This document shows, one piece after another, positions 13,986 through 27,915 of a DNA stretch of 64,000 nucleotides. The stretch's first letter is position 1. Every line of letters starts with the position of its first letter. The translations under genes and the position numbers were made by a program. The notes beneath the pieces were generated by a model. That model saw only the letters and a list, made by a program, of their open reading frames with translations, did no database searches and was not told where the DNA came from. The DNA comes from Callorhinchus milii (taxonomy: Eukaryota): NCBI RefSeq assembly GCF_018977255.1, contig NW_024704743.1, positions 36,210,001-36,274,000 on the forward strand. The letters are read 5' to 3'.

Positions 13986-15360
13986 TGTCATTTTCTCAAT
14001 CCTCATTCAAGCCTCAGCAAAAGAGGCTGAAGGTATGGTGGGTTCACACAAAACCACAATTATGGATCCTTCTCAATTTCATTGAGCAGAAAGAGTTCAT
14101 CCTGTGCGGCTGCCACTGCTCATACATCATGACATTAAAGATCTCTAAAGGAAAGGGTTAAACATATTGCAAACATTTATCTCAACAATTAAGATAATGT
14201 GGAATATGGAAAATTATTGAATTCCCTCTTATTTTTCACATTTGCTGTTCACAAATGTTGAAAAAAACCTGCAGAAACTTTATCTTCCAAATCAAGACTG
14301 AATTTAAGAATTTTCCACTATTCTGTACCATCCTAAATTTTACAATAATGGTCTTAAGACCAAAACCATGAGTTTCTATTCACTGGAGCATCATTCCTTA
14401 TGATCAACATGCAGTACGTTTTAATTAGGACTGGTTTTATATTTGAGATTTTTTTAACCCTCAAGTCTTTCAGGTAAAATTGGGCATTTCATGACTGCAG
14501 ACTAGTCATAAGGTCATAATATAAATTATAGGAGCAAAACTGAAGTACTCTATTGACGTCATCAGCATACAGGATTAAATTATGGTTTTCTACTGATTAT
14601 CTAGTCTGTAATTTTTTTAATACACGCTACAGTCTCGGCCAATTACACAGCATGCTGGAATCAGTTAAAAGGAAAGCTGAAATGACTGATTGAAGGCTCT
14701 GAGCGAATGCTACAGTGCATCTCCGCAGGTTAATAACTTACATGATTCATAGATGACTAGAATATTTTTTGCATTCTCCACAGCACAGACCTGACAGCAA
14801 GGATATAGTTTCACGACACCAGGAACCATCCAATAACTCATCCAAGTAGCCATTTTTCGTGTGTGAGCCTCAACTGTGAGCATTAGCAAGTTTGTCGATA
14901 GTGTGGGGAACTGTCGCCAAATTTAATCCACACACGTGTGGACAGCCAATGTCCACACACGTGTACTCTCCAGCAGAGATTGAAAAGTGCTCTTCAGGAA
15001 AACGGAAAAGTGTATTGGTGTCTTGTGCCCCCCCCCCCCCCAAATTCTTCAGAATGTAAAATGCATTTGCTGCAATGAACCCCATGTATGTCACGCCAAT
15101 CTGCAAAACCTCAGCTCAAGAGGGATCTCAGTTCAGAGCCATGCACTCAAGCATTGATGTGATGTACACAGGGATTCCTAGCGCAGATCCACTTTACATC
15201 CCCAAGCTGTTTTTCTGGTTCAATGCCATTTTCCTCTACTCTACATAGACCAAGTTACACCCCAATTGCATCCACTAAATAGTAGGGGATGTTTTGGTCA
15301 GATGAGTGTCATGTGAAAACCCATTACCATGTCTACAAAATTAGACAGAGAGTTCCACAT

Positions 15361-15675
15361 ATAATAATAATAATCCTTGCATTTTCATGTCTTCTAGACG
15401 TCTCAAAGCGCTTCACAGATTGTACTGTAAAGTGAATTGACTGTATATTTGTGGGTGAAATGCGGCAGCCAATTGCACACAGCAGCATCCCACAAACAGC
15501 CGTGGATTGAAGTGACTGTGGATTGAAGTGATTGTATTATTGTTTTATTTTCTTGAGGGATTAATATCAGGCATGTGGAGTAAGGAAACTGGCGCAAGGT
15601 TTCACGCTGCCGGGAATCGAACCCAGGTCTCTCACTTGCAAAGCGAGTGCTCTAACCACTGAGCTACAGGACTCC
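15361..15675 (-). mobile_element. tRNA-Ala SINE, short subfamily
   Basis: reverse complement of the head (ctaaccactgagctacaggactcc) and (taa)n tail. Confidence 0.9.
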
Positions 15676-16659
15676 ACTAGTTATTAGACTCCACACATAT
15701 TAGTTAAGCGCACGTTGAGTAAAGGGTTCTTATAGCTGCAGCTATGAGAGAGAAAATGTCTACCACACGGCTTCTGCTTTGATTTTTCATCTTTGCTTGG
15801 CTTCTGTGAAAGGTTCTGAGATGTTATTCTATATGATAGGATCCATATAATTGCAAGTTGTGTTGATTCAAACTCCCTACACCATCCTGGCTGTAAGGGG
15901 AAAAAATTGAAGTCGTTCAACAAAAAGAGATTACTTGCTCTAATTCAAAAATAATGGTGTAATTTGATGCATTTTTCTATCCTTTCTTTGATAATTATTT
16001 AAAGTGTCTTTTTCAAATACAATAAAAAAGATTGTAGACATGAACATCATCATCACATAGCGAAACACTGTACAGCCACCACTCAATGCAGCTTGTGTGA
16101 CAGCTTTTGAACAGTGGTAATGGTACATTAATGGATTGCATTCACTGAGCACAGTGTAAATTGGACAGGGTGAATGAACAAAGGACACAGTGCACCAATG
16201 AATGCAAAATTTGAACTGCTAAAACAAAGGATAAATGAGAATACCCAGCTCTGATTCCCCATTGTGAATAGAATTGGATCCACAGTTATTTGTGTTACCT
16301 GAGAATTTTGAGGTATAAACGTAATTACATTACACCTCTTCACAAAAAATGAGGATGGAAAACCCCACCAAAGAACAATTAGGAACGAGAGCACCGGATT
16401 GATTTTTCTTCATTCCTTACTGGAAGACTAATTGTAGGGCCTCAACGACACCAATACAATAAATCAAAAGGTCTCCCGCTGTGTCATAGATTTCGGTGGT
16501 TCTAGTGGAAAAGCTGATTCCTATGTTATCCTCTTTATTATCAATCGATAATGTGGTCAATCTATGATGCTGTCAAGGAATATCTCCAAATTTCTTCCCA
16601 CTATAATTCCTTATGTCGATGAATCTGAAAAGGATTAATATTAATATTTGTAATAGAGG

Positions 16660-16970
16660 TTTTCAGAATTCTGAATGGTTTCAAAGTGTAAATAGAGAGA
16701 GGTCATTTCATCTGGTCAGCAAGTCAGTAAACAATTGAGCATTCTCACCAAAAAAAAAGAGATTGAAAAATATGTTTTTACACAGAAGATTGTTAGAGTA
16801 TAGGATGCCTCAGTACAAAGGACTGTGAAAACTGAGTCCATAACAGCATTTATAAAGGAAATAAAAGAGGGAAAAAAAATTAAAGGATTTAGGGAAATTG
16901 TCATAGTAAACTCTCAAGTAGGTGGGCTAACACCAGCACAGACAAAATGTGCTGTAAATGTTCTATGATA
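16660..16970 (+). mobile_element. old CR1 LINE 3' fragment
   Basis: degenerate match to the 3' end of the CR1 at 43000-43370, ending ttctatga. Confidence 0.65.
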
Positions 16971-17046
16971 ATACCATTGTACTTTTTGTTGCAGAACGTT
17001 TGATCAGAAATTATTCAGAATAGCAGAGAAAGTAACTGGTAAGAGA

Positions 17047-17362
17047 GGAGTCCTGTAGCTCAGTGGTTAGAGCACTCGCTTTGCAAGTGAGAGACCTGAG
17101 ATCAAGTCCAGGCAGAGGGCGAAACCTTGGGCAAGTTTCCTTACTCCACACCCTAATAATAATCCCTCCAAAACCAAAACCAATAATAAATTGGTCATTT
17201 TCAATCTACGACTGTTTGTGGGACATTGCTGTGCGCAATTGGCTGCTGCGTTCGCCCACAAATATACAGTCAATTCACTTTACAGTATGTTCTCTAAAGC
17301 GCTTTGGGACGTCCTCCCAACGTGAAAAGCGCTGTATCAAATGCAAGGATTATTATTATTAT
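17047..17362 (+). mobile_element. tRNA-Ala SINE, short subfamily
   Basis: near-identical to 2972-3291 and 48923-49244. Confidence 0.92.
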
Positions 17363-18629
17363 AAGGATATCCTAATTTTTTTAAAGAATTGGAACACAAA
17401 TCATTTCCAATTACACAGCATTTCCAGGCCAAACAAGTAATCTGTAGGCTAGGGCGAAGTTCCAGTAACACCCAGTGATGGATGGCTGGCAGAGAGCAAC
17501 AACTCTATAATTCAGTTCAGGTCCTCAGCAGCCACTATAAACCATAACAACAGCAGCCTGCTCTCAGTACCACCACCACTACCAAGTTACAATTAGCCAC
17601 TACTATTCACTGCTTCTTATTTCAGTGTCTGCTAGAATAATTTGAACAGTTTATTTTATACGTTTCTTTGTGCTTTTCATATTGTTAGACTTACGGCCCC
17701 ACTGAGCACAATAAAGGTATGTGTTAAAGGTGGAAGGGTAATATAAGCTCAGGGCGCTAAACCTGAAGTTGTAAATCATTACCTGACATGCACAGACATT
17801 GGAGCCTCATTCTAACACATGGTTTGAGATCAATAAAATCCCATTCTGTGTTATAGCTAGGCACGCTAGCGGGTTTTACTGTGCTTATTCATGGTATGAC
17901 TTGCTTCCTGTGTGCCAGTCAGTTCCCGCACTAAAAGTAGAATGACCAACTTCTGGGACCTTTTTAAAATACCTTTTTGTTTTGTGCTTGGCAGCAAAGC
18001 AGGAAGTCAGAGGCAACCTGCTGACCTGGAAGTCAGCCATTTTAGTACAAATAGCCAGCTGGAGCATGGGCAGCAACCTAGCCAGCAATGTGTAGTGAAT
18101 GTGGTTCACAGTCCAACCATATTATAAATGAATAAGTACTATAGTCAAACCTGTTATTGTGTAGCTGCACTGTATTATGAGTTTTGCTATTATGAGTTTT
18201 ATGGCAATAGATAGTGGAAGACAGACTATTCAGTGTAATATCAGAAATGGTCACTATATTACCTGTTATAGACTAGTATGATCTGGCAAAGTATATGTTC
18301 ATTGTGGAGTCTGTGGCTCTGGAGTTGTTTGCTTCTCCTGTTGGTAATAAATGATTGATGCACTGTGTGTTTCAAAAATAGAGCTGAACACATGATGAAG
18401 AAGAAATCCAACTGATGTCTAAAGTTAAATGCTCTCATGCAAAGCTTGGGTAGTACGTCTTGATTTCCACTATTATCCATTAGTATTAGCACTATATTCC
18501 ATTAGTAGTTCCATTATTCTCACCAAAAAAAATTGTTGAGCACTTCTTTCAACTGATTGTTGACAACACTGAAGATATTCTGCTTTGCTTTCGCCAGCAC
18601 TTCCTTCGACTCTGACAAGAACACAAAAT

Positions 18630-19640
18630 TATTCTTTAGCCCATTTAATCTCATCCCTCCAGACCACCAACCCTATCATTCCCCCATCACTGTATCAAGC
18701 TGCTTTTTTAAATTAGTCTAGTGTCTTAGCCACTATCTCCTTTGCTGCCAACCTATTCCAGTGGTTAATTACCCTCTGTGTAAAGAAAAACTTACTGGTA
18801 TCTGCCCTGAAATTGGGTCCTCTTGTTCTGCTGTCTTTGTGCATCCTAAAATATTGATCTGGGATTAATTTTTCAATCCCATTTCAAGTTTTGTACATCT
18901 CTATGAGGTCCCCTCTGAGTCGTCTTCTCTCAAAACTGAAGAGCCGTAGCTTGTCTAATTGATGCACACGGCTCATTCCTCTAACACTGGGGCTTATGCT
19001 CTTTGCTCTCCTCTGCACTCCCAAGGGCTTTATGTCACTGTGACCAGAACTGTATGCAGTATTCAAGGTGTAGTGCGATTAGAGCATTGTACAGCCTGAC
19101 TATGATGACTAGGGATATAAACTCAACTGATTTAGCAAATAGCTCAGCATCCGGTTGCCTTGTTTATTGCTGATTCGCATTGTTTTGCTATAGTGGGCAA
19201 CTGACATCCCTAGATCTCTTTCAGACTCTCCTTTGGCAAATTCAATCCCATCCATGGTATACTTGTGTTTCCTATTCTTGGATCCTATATATACTATTAA
19301 ACTTCATTTGCTAGTTCTCAACACATGTACTACTCTAATCAACCTCTCTTTGTAGGATTTTTTCTGCCTCTTCTGATTCCACATTTCCCTCCAACTTGGT
19401 GTCATCTACAAACTTACCTATCTTAAACTGGTTCTGTGAATCCAGATCATTAATATATATATATTAATACATACAAAGAACTGGAGGGATCCCAGAGGCA
19501 CCCTACTTGATATCTCTCACAATTTTGACCGAGCTCTCCTAACAAAGAGCCTCTGCTTCTTTCTCTTCAGCCAATTCTGAATCCATGTCCATGTCTTGCT
19601 CTTGATACCCAGCGACCACAATCTGTGGAGGAGTCTTTCA
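18630..19640 (-). mobile_element. degenerate CR1 LINE RT/3' region
   Basis: minus-strand translations LFSFERRRLRGDLIEMYK and KVSHERLLHRLWSLGIKSKTWTWIQNWL. Confidence 0.85.
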
Positions 19641-20954
19641 TGTGATACTTTCATGTCATACTCTGTGTGCGTTATATGTGGAGTTACACAGTCACTATAA
19701 TTTACAGTATATTCTGTGAAACACTTTGAGATGTCTCGAAGGGTGATAAGGCGTGATATCAAATGTAAGGATTATTACTATTTATCAACCCCCTTTTGCA
19801 AGTCTAGATGTACAACATTATATGGCTTCCCACAATCAATTTGGGCTGTATCATTTTCCTTAGTTGTTCATTCCAGCTCACATAGTCTGTGTGACATATT
19901 GTTTGATATTCAGGTCTCCTTTAAGTCTTTTATCTAGTTCACGTTCCTTCACATCCACAAAACCACCCGCCTCCGTTCCTACCTCACCCCCGACTCAACC
20001 AAAACCTCCATTGATGTTTTTGTTACCTTCAGATTTGTTTTCTTTAATTTTCTCGTTGCCAGTCTTTTTTTGGTCAACCAGGTGTCTGATACAAGCGGAA
20101 ACCCATTGCAATGCTTAAGAGGATCCAAACCAGATTGAGAGCTCTAAGTATCCCTCTTTTACATGGAAATTCTCAGATATTGGAAAGGAAGAGCCAAAGC
20201 TTGATGACCCCATTCTGTTCATTGGGGTCCTGCTAGAGTTTAGCCAGGTAAAACTGCACAGCTTGCCATTGAGACACTGTCTGGCAAGCCTGCTGAAGCA
20301 GAGATAATGGAGCATGAGTTTAGAGAAGATTATATAGACATGATGGAGCGAGGCTGCGAAGGGATTTGAATACGAGGCCACGGATTGGAAATTCATCGAC
20401 TCTGGGCTAGGGAGCCAAAGGAGATTGGCAAAGTCAGGTGAAGGGAACTTGTATGGGACAGGACTTGGGTAAGTCAAGGTTAGTAAGTGTAATATAATAA
20501 TCCTTGCATTTGATGTAGTGCCTTATCACATCTTCGAGATGTCTCAAAGCGCTTCACAGAATATACTGTAAAGTGAATTGACTGTATATTTTGTAGGCGA
20601 AACACAACAGCCACTTGTGCACAGTAGTGTCCCACAAACAGTCATGGGTTGAAGTGACCAATTTATTATTATACTAGGGAAAAATATGTGCCCACCACCA
20701 AGGCAGGTAAGTTTACCAATAAGCAAATAAAAATAAACTTTGTGATATAAAATTCTCTTAATCATTCAGATCATAAATGAGGTTAGGGATGTATATTTGG
20801 ATTAATTTGGAATTAGGATTTGAGTTCAGTGAATCTGCAATTCTGATCCCCTGAAGCCGAATTTATAATTTTTAGTCTTCTGGAGCAGTTACAAGGAATA
20901 CGATTAAGGAATACAACAGTATGTACAAGACCTACAGCCATTCGAGAGTATTAT

Positions 20955-21360
20955 ACTCAGATCAGTTGGCACCTGAGTCAAAATGTTGGGGGTTCAGACC
21001 TCAGATCGGGATTTGAGATTCATGGTCTTGTCTGACACTCCAGTGTAATGTTGGGGAGGGAGGGTCTCTACATTGTCAGAGTTGCCATCCTTCAGGTGAA
21101 ATGTTCATATGTTTGCCTGTTAAAAATCCCATGGCACTGTTCAAAAAGGGAAGGGAGTTTCTCCTCCCAATAGTCCCTCAGATAAACTTGTTAATTACTT
21201 CATGGCTGTTTGTAGGACATTGCTGTGTGGAAATAGGCTGCTGCTTTCCACTACAGATACGCAGTCACTGCACTTTACAGTAATACTGTGAAGTGCTTTG
21301 AGGCATTTTGATGATATGATAAGGCGCAATATCAAATGGAAGGGTTATTATTATTATTAT
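20955..21360 (+). mobile_element. Deu-domain SINE, degenerate
   Basis: ctgacactccagtg, cattgtcagagttgccatccttcagg, aaaaatcccatggcactgttcaaa, then the common SINE tail. Confidence 0.7.
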
Positions 21361-21940
21361 ACGCACCAAATACATACACTGCTGAAGTACAGTTCTGTCC
21401 ATTAGCTAACCGATATCCTGGTGGTACATTATCGTTTCACTCGAGAATGTTTATATAGAAAAACAACTTGTATTAAAGACTGCAATTATAAATGCAATTA
21501 GACATTATAATTTAATTTTGCATTTCCTGTGAGTTTGGAATGATATATCCATCTTTTGTTATTTAATCACTATTGTCATATAAATACATTTTTGGAGTCA
21601 AAGAAAAATTACTGTCCTTGATGCTGAATTTTATTATAATTATATGGCAACAAAATGAAATTAATCAGTGATTTTACTTCAAAGAAAATCTTGCTTACTT
21701 TAGGCACCTTGTGCTAGCATCAACCAGGTCAATTGTAGCGCTGGTCACATACAGAGCAAATCTCACAATCTACAATTCCTCACTGCATCTATTATGGACT
21801 TTGTGTAAAGCACTTGCATTATGCACCACGTGTAAACTATGCCTAAATAAATGTGTACACAAGGAATTATGGGTGCCCTTAATTATCTATTTAAGAACCA
21901 ATAATTTCACACATGGCACAACACAACTTGCACTTATATA

Positions 21941-22600
21941 CAGTGAACCCCGATATAGCTCATACCATTATTACTCTGCTTCATTTATAATACGAGAGGA
22001 TTGTAAATCCCATAAGTTCCTACCTTAAAATAAAAAAATCCTGGCATTGTGCCATCCAAATGCTCCAAACTTAAAATCTCACATGAAATCAGGTTTTCGT
22101 GCCTCAAAATACACGATTGCGCTGAAAGCACTCTGATGAATTTGAGCTGACAATGCTGTGACGCATCTCAAGGGCTTTCAGCATTGATAACAGTTGCTAC
22201 ATAAGAGTCATCGGGTTGACACTGACATCACTTCCTGCACCCTGGATGACTCTTTGGCTAAAAGGGCCAACTTCAACCTTATTATACCACCCCACCATCA
22301 CTTCCTGCCTACTGCACAGCACACAAGAAGTGATGTAAGCAGAAATCTGATGACCTCCAAGACACATGCTTCCCAAATGCTAAACTGGCTGACTTTGGGA
22401 TCATCAGGTCACCACTGTTGTCATTTCCTGCTTGGAGAATACATACTGTTGCCAGCGATCTGATGACCTGGAAGTCAACCTTTTTTAAAATGCTAGAACT
22501 CTCGAGCAAGGTTGGCTGTGCACATAATCAGTGAAACCAGCTATTGTGTCTCATTAGATTTTATGAGTCCCAATCATCTCATTATAATGGGGCTCCACTG
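21941..22600. mobile_element. Tc1/mariner (Tigger/pogo-like) non-autonomous DNA element
   Basis: TA|CAGTGAACCCCGATATA ... TTATAATGGGGCTCCACTG|TA imperfect TIRs with TA TSD; internal gacctggaagtca motif shared with 5290-5700 and 17870-18173. Confidence 0.7.
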
Positions 22601-22609
22601 TATATGGAA

Positions 22610-22810
22610 ACCCCTTCACTTTTCCTAACGCTCCTATGTTTCCTGAGCAACCTGTAACCTTGTAGATTGTACAATATTCACTTCCAGCATCCTGATCTAG
22701 CCATGTCTCTGTGATTCCTATCTCATAATTGTACTGGTTGACACTCAGTGCCTCTAGTTCCACCATTTTATTTCAATTTTTTCTAGCTTTTATGTATATG
22801 GATATAATGT
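22610..22810 (-). mobile_element. CR1-type APE endonuclease fragment
   Basis: minus-strand translation ELEAL...YEIGITETWL. Confidence 0.7.
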
Positions 22811-23863
22811 TGCACTTTACTCCTGTAACCATTGTGTCTGGTTGCCCGGTTTTGCCAACTGAGGATCTCTTGAGATCTTTCTGCTATTGATTTAGATATT
22901 TCCACTGTTTTGGTCTATTTTATTTTCATTCTTTCCCATGTTTTCCTGACGATCAATAAGCCTGAGCTATTTCCTATCTACCACAGTATTCCCTGCTCTC
23001 CTCTCCAAATCTAGTATGGTCACCATCCTACTCCTACCCTCCCTGCCCTCAATCCCCCCATGATGCCAACCCCGCTCGGGTCAAAATCCCTGACTGTCTA
23101 GCGCCTTGGAATGTCCTCCCAACGTGAAAGGCGCTATACAAATGTAATTTGTTGTTGCATTATGTATATTTTGTGCCAATAATTTAGTTCCTGATTTAGT
23201 TAAAATGTAAACCAACCTTCTTATAAACATTTTTGTCTACTTGGAAATAATTTCCCAGTTATCTACAGAATCAATTTCCTCCTGCAAACAAGGACATAAA
23301 ACAGGCATTAGGTTGCAGAGATGGAAGAAGGCAACAACAACAACAACAAATTACATCTGTAAAGCACCTTTCACATCAGGAGGACGTCGCAAGGCGCTTT
23401 TAAATGGGATATCAGATGCACAGTCAGGGCAGTCTTGGATTGGATTTGAAACTCAGTTCAGGGATCAAGCAGTACACCAGGATTGTGAGTGAGTAGCCAG
23501 GGAGGTTGGCGAAATCACAGCCACAAGCCGGTGGAATGAATGCCTCTTAATGTTGGCTGTAAGATTCCCATTGTGAAATGGTTTGGGCTACACTCAATCC
23601 AGTTCTTGTCTGATGTGGACCTACAGCACAAAATGCCCATAATTCAAGACTAATGGCACTACGTTAGTTTCACTTACACAGGCCCGCAGAATAGCTGGCA
23701 GCAAATATCTCATTGCAGTGCTTTTTTGAGACAGGGGTTAAGTTATATTGTAGGCTGAATAGCTTTATTTCATTTTGAAGCCTGGGCCATACCCGACCTG
23801 GAAATATTTGGTTCTAACACAGGATACCAACAGTTTTCAGTTCCCAGGGTTAACATTCTTCAC

Positions 23864-23968
23864 AAAAACAGAAGTCGCTGGGAACACTCAGCAGGTCAGG
23901 CAGCATCTATGGAGAAAGGAAAGTGAGTCAATGTTTCAGGTCTACAACCCTTCGTCAGAACTCCTTTT
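23864..23968 (-). mobile_element. Penelope-type short insert with hammerhead-ribozyme core and 15 bp TSD
   Basis: GTTAACATTCTTCAC at 23849-23863 and 23969-23983; minus strand GAGTT-CTGACGA-AGGGTTGTAGACCT-GAAA-CATT-GACTC. Confidence 0.8.
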
Positions 23969-25393
23969 GTTAACATTCTTCACCTTTTTCAGCACAAACA
24001 TTCTTCCTCATTAAAAACATGACAATTAAGATAAAATGCTGAAGAATAATGGTGTGATTTCAATAAAGACTACTACCTTAGTGAGTAATGGCCAAATATG
24101 ATGCCATAGTGATTAATTACTATAATAGTTTATTGTTGCTTGTTCTGCACCCATTAATATGGCAAATTAGGAAAAGCAGATGACCAGCCACTTGTGATGT
24201 ATGTGGTATTATGTATAATGACTTACGATAACGGTAATTGTAGTTGTTCCTCTGGGATAAGATTTTGCTAATTTAATTCCAGACCAAAACAGTTACAGTA
24301 TTACAGCAGCTATCAAACCTTTTAACCATTCAAAACTTCATGTGCATCTGATATCTCATTAAATGATGGTGACAATGTTTGAAGGGAAAAGAACATTCAG
24401 GGGAAAATACTTAAAACATAATTTCCAAACAACAATATCAGCAATCGGTTCAGAGTAAAGACCAAAATAGATTTTTGTTTCCTTGGCCCATATAGATAGA
24501 TGCCTCATGCACATTATGATGACAGTCTACATTTATAATTGGTTTTATTTCCAATTTTTCCTTTCTGCGATTGTTGCTCAAGTATTTTTATATGAATTAA
24601 AATCAGTGCAGCACAAGCATTTTGTTTCTTTTAATAGAATTATTACTGGAGAAATGTAATCACAACTATAAATCACAATTGCTAAATGATAGGGAAAGAA
24701 CGCCACTATTCTTTTTACATTCTTTGTATTTTCTCTCTTAGGCATCAGTGTTTTGTTTCTGTGTTCTGTGAATCCTTGCATGCATGCAAATTTGTGAGCT
24801 TGCTAACTGTTCACCTGAAGTCAGCAGCTTTCTCTGATAGCGGGCAATTTATTTCACAACATTCCCCAGTGTTAGCTGCTGTACTATGGTGGTGTTATTC
24901 TGATTGACTGTCTCAATTGATGGCCCAGTGCTGCTCAATTGGATTTGCCAGGATCCAACGTAAAATCCTCCCCGGCTTTACACCTAGAATCAAAATGCAA
25001 AATAATGTTTTATATAGGACATGTTCCTGAAATGTCTTTATCTTGCTTTAAGATGCAGCTGTGTATTTTAGTTTATTTTCACACCCTGGAAGCTAATGCT
25101 GATAAATTGTCATGACCTGGAGGTCATGGCTGTTACCTGCATGCTATTTTATATCGCTTGACGTGTTCATGTTGTCAGTGTTTGGCTGAAACATTCGGTG
25201 CAAATAGAATTCCACAGTCGATAAATTACCCCATTTATGATGTTGGGTTTCAAAAAGCCTGTTTGGCCTCTTGAGTTGTTGAGCAACGAGTCTTGGACAT
25301 CACTTGGGAATTTATTTCCCACATCTCTTTGCACCACTTCACTGATTCAGTGGGGTTAAAAATAGTTTTTCAGGAAAATGGCAGCACAAGTGA

Positions 25394-25720
25394 TGGATCA
25401 CCCTGTAGTATAGTGGTTAGTGCACTCTCCTCGCAAGTAAGAGGCAACTTTCCTTACTTCACACACCTCTGTTTACCTAGCAGTAAGTAGGAACCCGGTT
25501 GTTAGCCGATTGGCAGATTGCTTTGATAATAATTCCTTCAAAATAAAAATAATAGTTTTGTCACTCAATTCCTGACTGTTTGAAAGACACCGCTGTACTC
25601 TATTGCTTGCTGCGTTTCACTCACAAAATACACAGTCAATCCATTTCCCGATAAATTCTGTGAAGCGCTTTGAGATGTCTCAACTACGTGATAAGGCACT
25701 ATATCAAATGCAAAGATAAT
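25394..25720 (+). mobile_element. tRNA-Ala SINE, long subfamily, diverged
   Basis: degenerate head, ctctgtttacctagcagtaagtaggaacccgg segment, common tail. Confidence 0.8.
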
Positions 25721-25721
25721 A

Positions 25722-26607
25722 TCGTAGAATCATAGAATTATACAGCACAGAAGGAGGCCATTCAGCCCATTGTGTCTGTGCCAACTCTTTGAAAAGAGCT
25801 ATCCCACTCCACTGTTCTCTCCCCATAGCTCTGCAAACTTGTCCTCCCCAAATAATTATCTACCTCTCTTTTAAAAGTTGTTATCAAATCAGCTTCCACC
25901 ACTCTTTCAGGCAATGCATTCCAGATCTGAACAAATCGCTGTGTGAAAAAATTTCTCCTCACCTCCCCTCTGTTTCTTTTAACAACTATTTTAAATTGGT
26001 GTCCTCGGGTTACTGACCCACTCTGCCAGTGGGAATAGTTTCTCCTCGTTCACTCTATCGATCCCCATATAATTTTGAAAACTTCTATTATGTCTCCTCT
26101 TAACTTTCTCTGCTCCAAGGAGAATAATCCTAGCTTCTCTCGCCTCTCCTGATAACTGAAGTCCCTCATTCCTGATACCATTCTGGTAAATCTCCTTTGC
26201 ACCCTCTCCAATGCCTTGACATCCTTCCTAAAGTGTGGTGCCCAGAACTGAACACAGTACTCCAGCTGAGGCCTAACCAGTGTTTTATAAAGATTTATCA
26301 TAACTTCCTGACTTTTGTATTCTATGCCCCTATTTATAAAGCCTAGTATCCCCGTATGCTTTTTTTTAAACAGCTTTATCTGCCTGTCCTGCCACCTTCA
26401 AAGATTTATTTATATGAACCCCCAGGTCTCTCTGTTCCTTCACCCTCTGTAAGATTATACCATCAGCTTATATTGCCTCTCCTCATTCTTCCTCCCAAAA
26501 TGCATCATTTTGCATTTCTCCACATTAAACTTCATCTGCCACGTGTCTGCCCATTTTACCAGTCTGTCTATGTCCTCTTGCAGGCTGCTACTATCCTCCT
26601 CACCGTT
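25722..26607 (-). mobile_element. CR1 LINE 3' portion (RT C-terminus and 3' UTR)
   Basis: translations LQEDIDRLVKWADTWQMKFNVEKCK and LYKTLVRPQLEYCVQFWAPHFRKD; ATTCTATG-type tail at the low-coordinate end. Confidence 0.93.
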
Positions 26608-27128
26608 TACAACAACAACAACAAAATTACACTTGTAAAGCACCTTTCACGTCGGGAGGACATTCCAAGGCACTGAACAGTCAAAACCTGAGCATGAGGG
26701 GCAGGGTTGGGTTGAGGGAGGGCAGAGTGGTAGGAGGGTGGCTGAAGACCCGATTGAAAAGGAGGGTATTGAGTCGTGCCTTGAAGGAGGCAAAGGGGGG
26801 AGCAAGGTGATGGGATTGTGGGTGGAGTTCCAGAGGGTGGGGGGCAGAGAGGCTGAAAGCCCGGCTGTCGATGGTAGGGTGGGTCGGGCGGGAGACATGG
26901 AGCAGACCGGAGCCCGCTGAGCAGAGGGAGCAGACAGGTTGATAGGGGCTCAGCAGTTCTGAGCTGTAGGAGGGGGCAAGACCGTGGATGGCCTTGAAAG
27001 TGAGGACGAGGATTTTGAATTCTATCCTCTGAAGGATGGGAAGCCAGTGGAACCGGGTGGGGATGATGGGGTCATGGAGCCTGGTGTGGGAGAGGACACG
27101 AGCTGCAGAGTTCTGGATGATTTGCAGC
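26608..27128 (-). mobile_element. L2 LINE 3' fragment abutting the CR1
   Basis: (aac)n tail and tttcacgtcgggaggac end; body matches 13500-13860 in reverse. Confidence 0.88.
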
Positions 27129-27769
27129 TTTTCCTATGTTATAAAAAAAGCACCTGTGGAAGTAAAGTGGAAACACTTCAGTGTCTAAAATGTACCTTCT
27201 CCGAGTCCCAATGTGCATCATACTGACTTGTGTGGGAAGCAGGACAGGAGACTAAAACAGAGGGAAATTGGAATCTTCCAGACCATTTATGAGCTCTGGG
27301 GAATTTCTTTTTTTTCGGGGTGGGGGGGGGGGGGGGGGTGGGGGAGGGGGGTAAAATCTAAAATATTCCTTAAGGCTTTCCTTGTCTTATTTTGTGTATT
27401 TTAAACAAAAACAGAAAACTGACTTTATGTGGTCATTTTCGTGTTGTAGGCTGGGATTATGGTTGTAACAAATTAAGAATGCTAATAATCAATTTTGAAA
27501 TTATATTTCTCATGTCGGTGTTAATTGACCTAATAATTATCCTTGCGTTCGATATTGTGCCTTATCGCATTCAAACATGTTAAAGTGCTTCACAGGATGT
27601 AGTGCCTTAAGCAAATGTGGCAGACAATTTTGCGCACAGCAATGTCCCCCAAACAGCTATGAAGTGAGTGACCTATTATATTTCCGGAGTTGCTAGCCAC
27701 AGAGCTGGGAGAACAAGAAGAAGAGCAATAACAACTTGTATTTATATAGCCCCCTTCATGAATATGGCA

Positions 27770-27915
27770 GCTTGGTGGGGAGAGGTCAGGCTCAGCTGTG
27801 ATGCTCTCTATACTTGTGTGGGCTGCTGACACTCATTGTCAAGGCTCACAAATAAGCAAAAGGCACTTGGGATAATACTGGAGCCTAACGAACGCCCATG
27901 GAACCACACCTGAGC
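27770..27915 (+). repeat. old unclassified interspersed repeat B
   Basis: ggctgtgatg...acactca...aggctcaca...cacttgg motif recurs at ~1100-1215, 5140-5222, 14800-14960 (-), 41690-41815 and 54300-54370. Confidence 0.55.

Noticed and set aside
27317..27351. Poly-G run as a G-quadruplex element
   Set aside because: Simple homopolymer; similar runs recur (15027, 28497, 46802) with no functional context.
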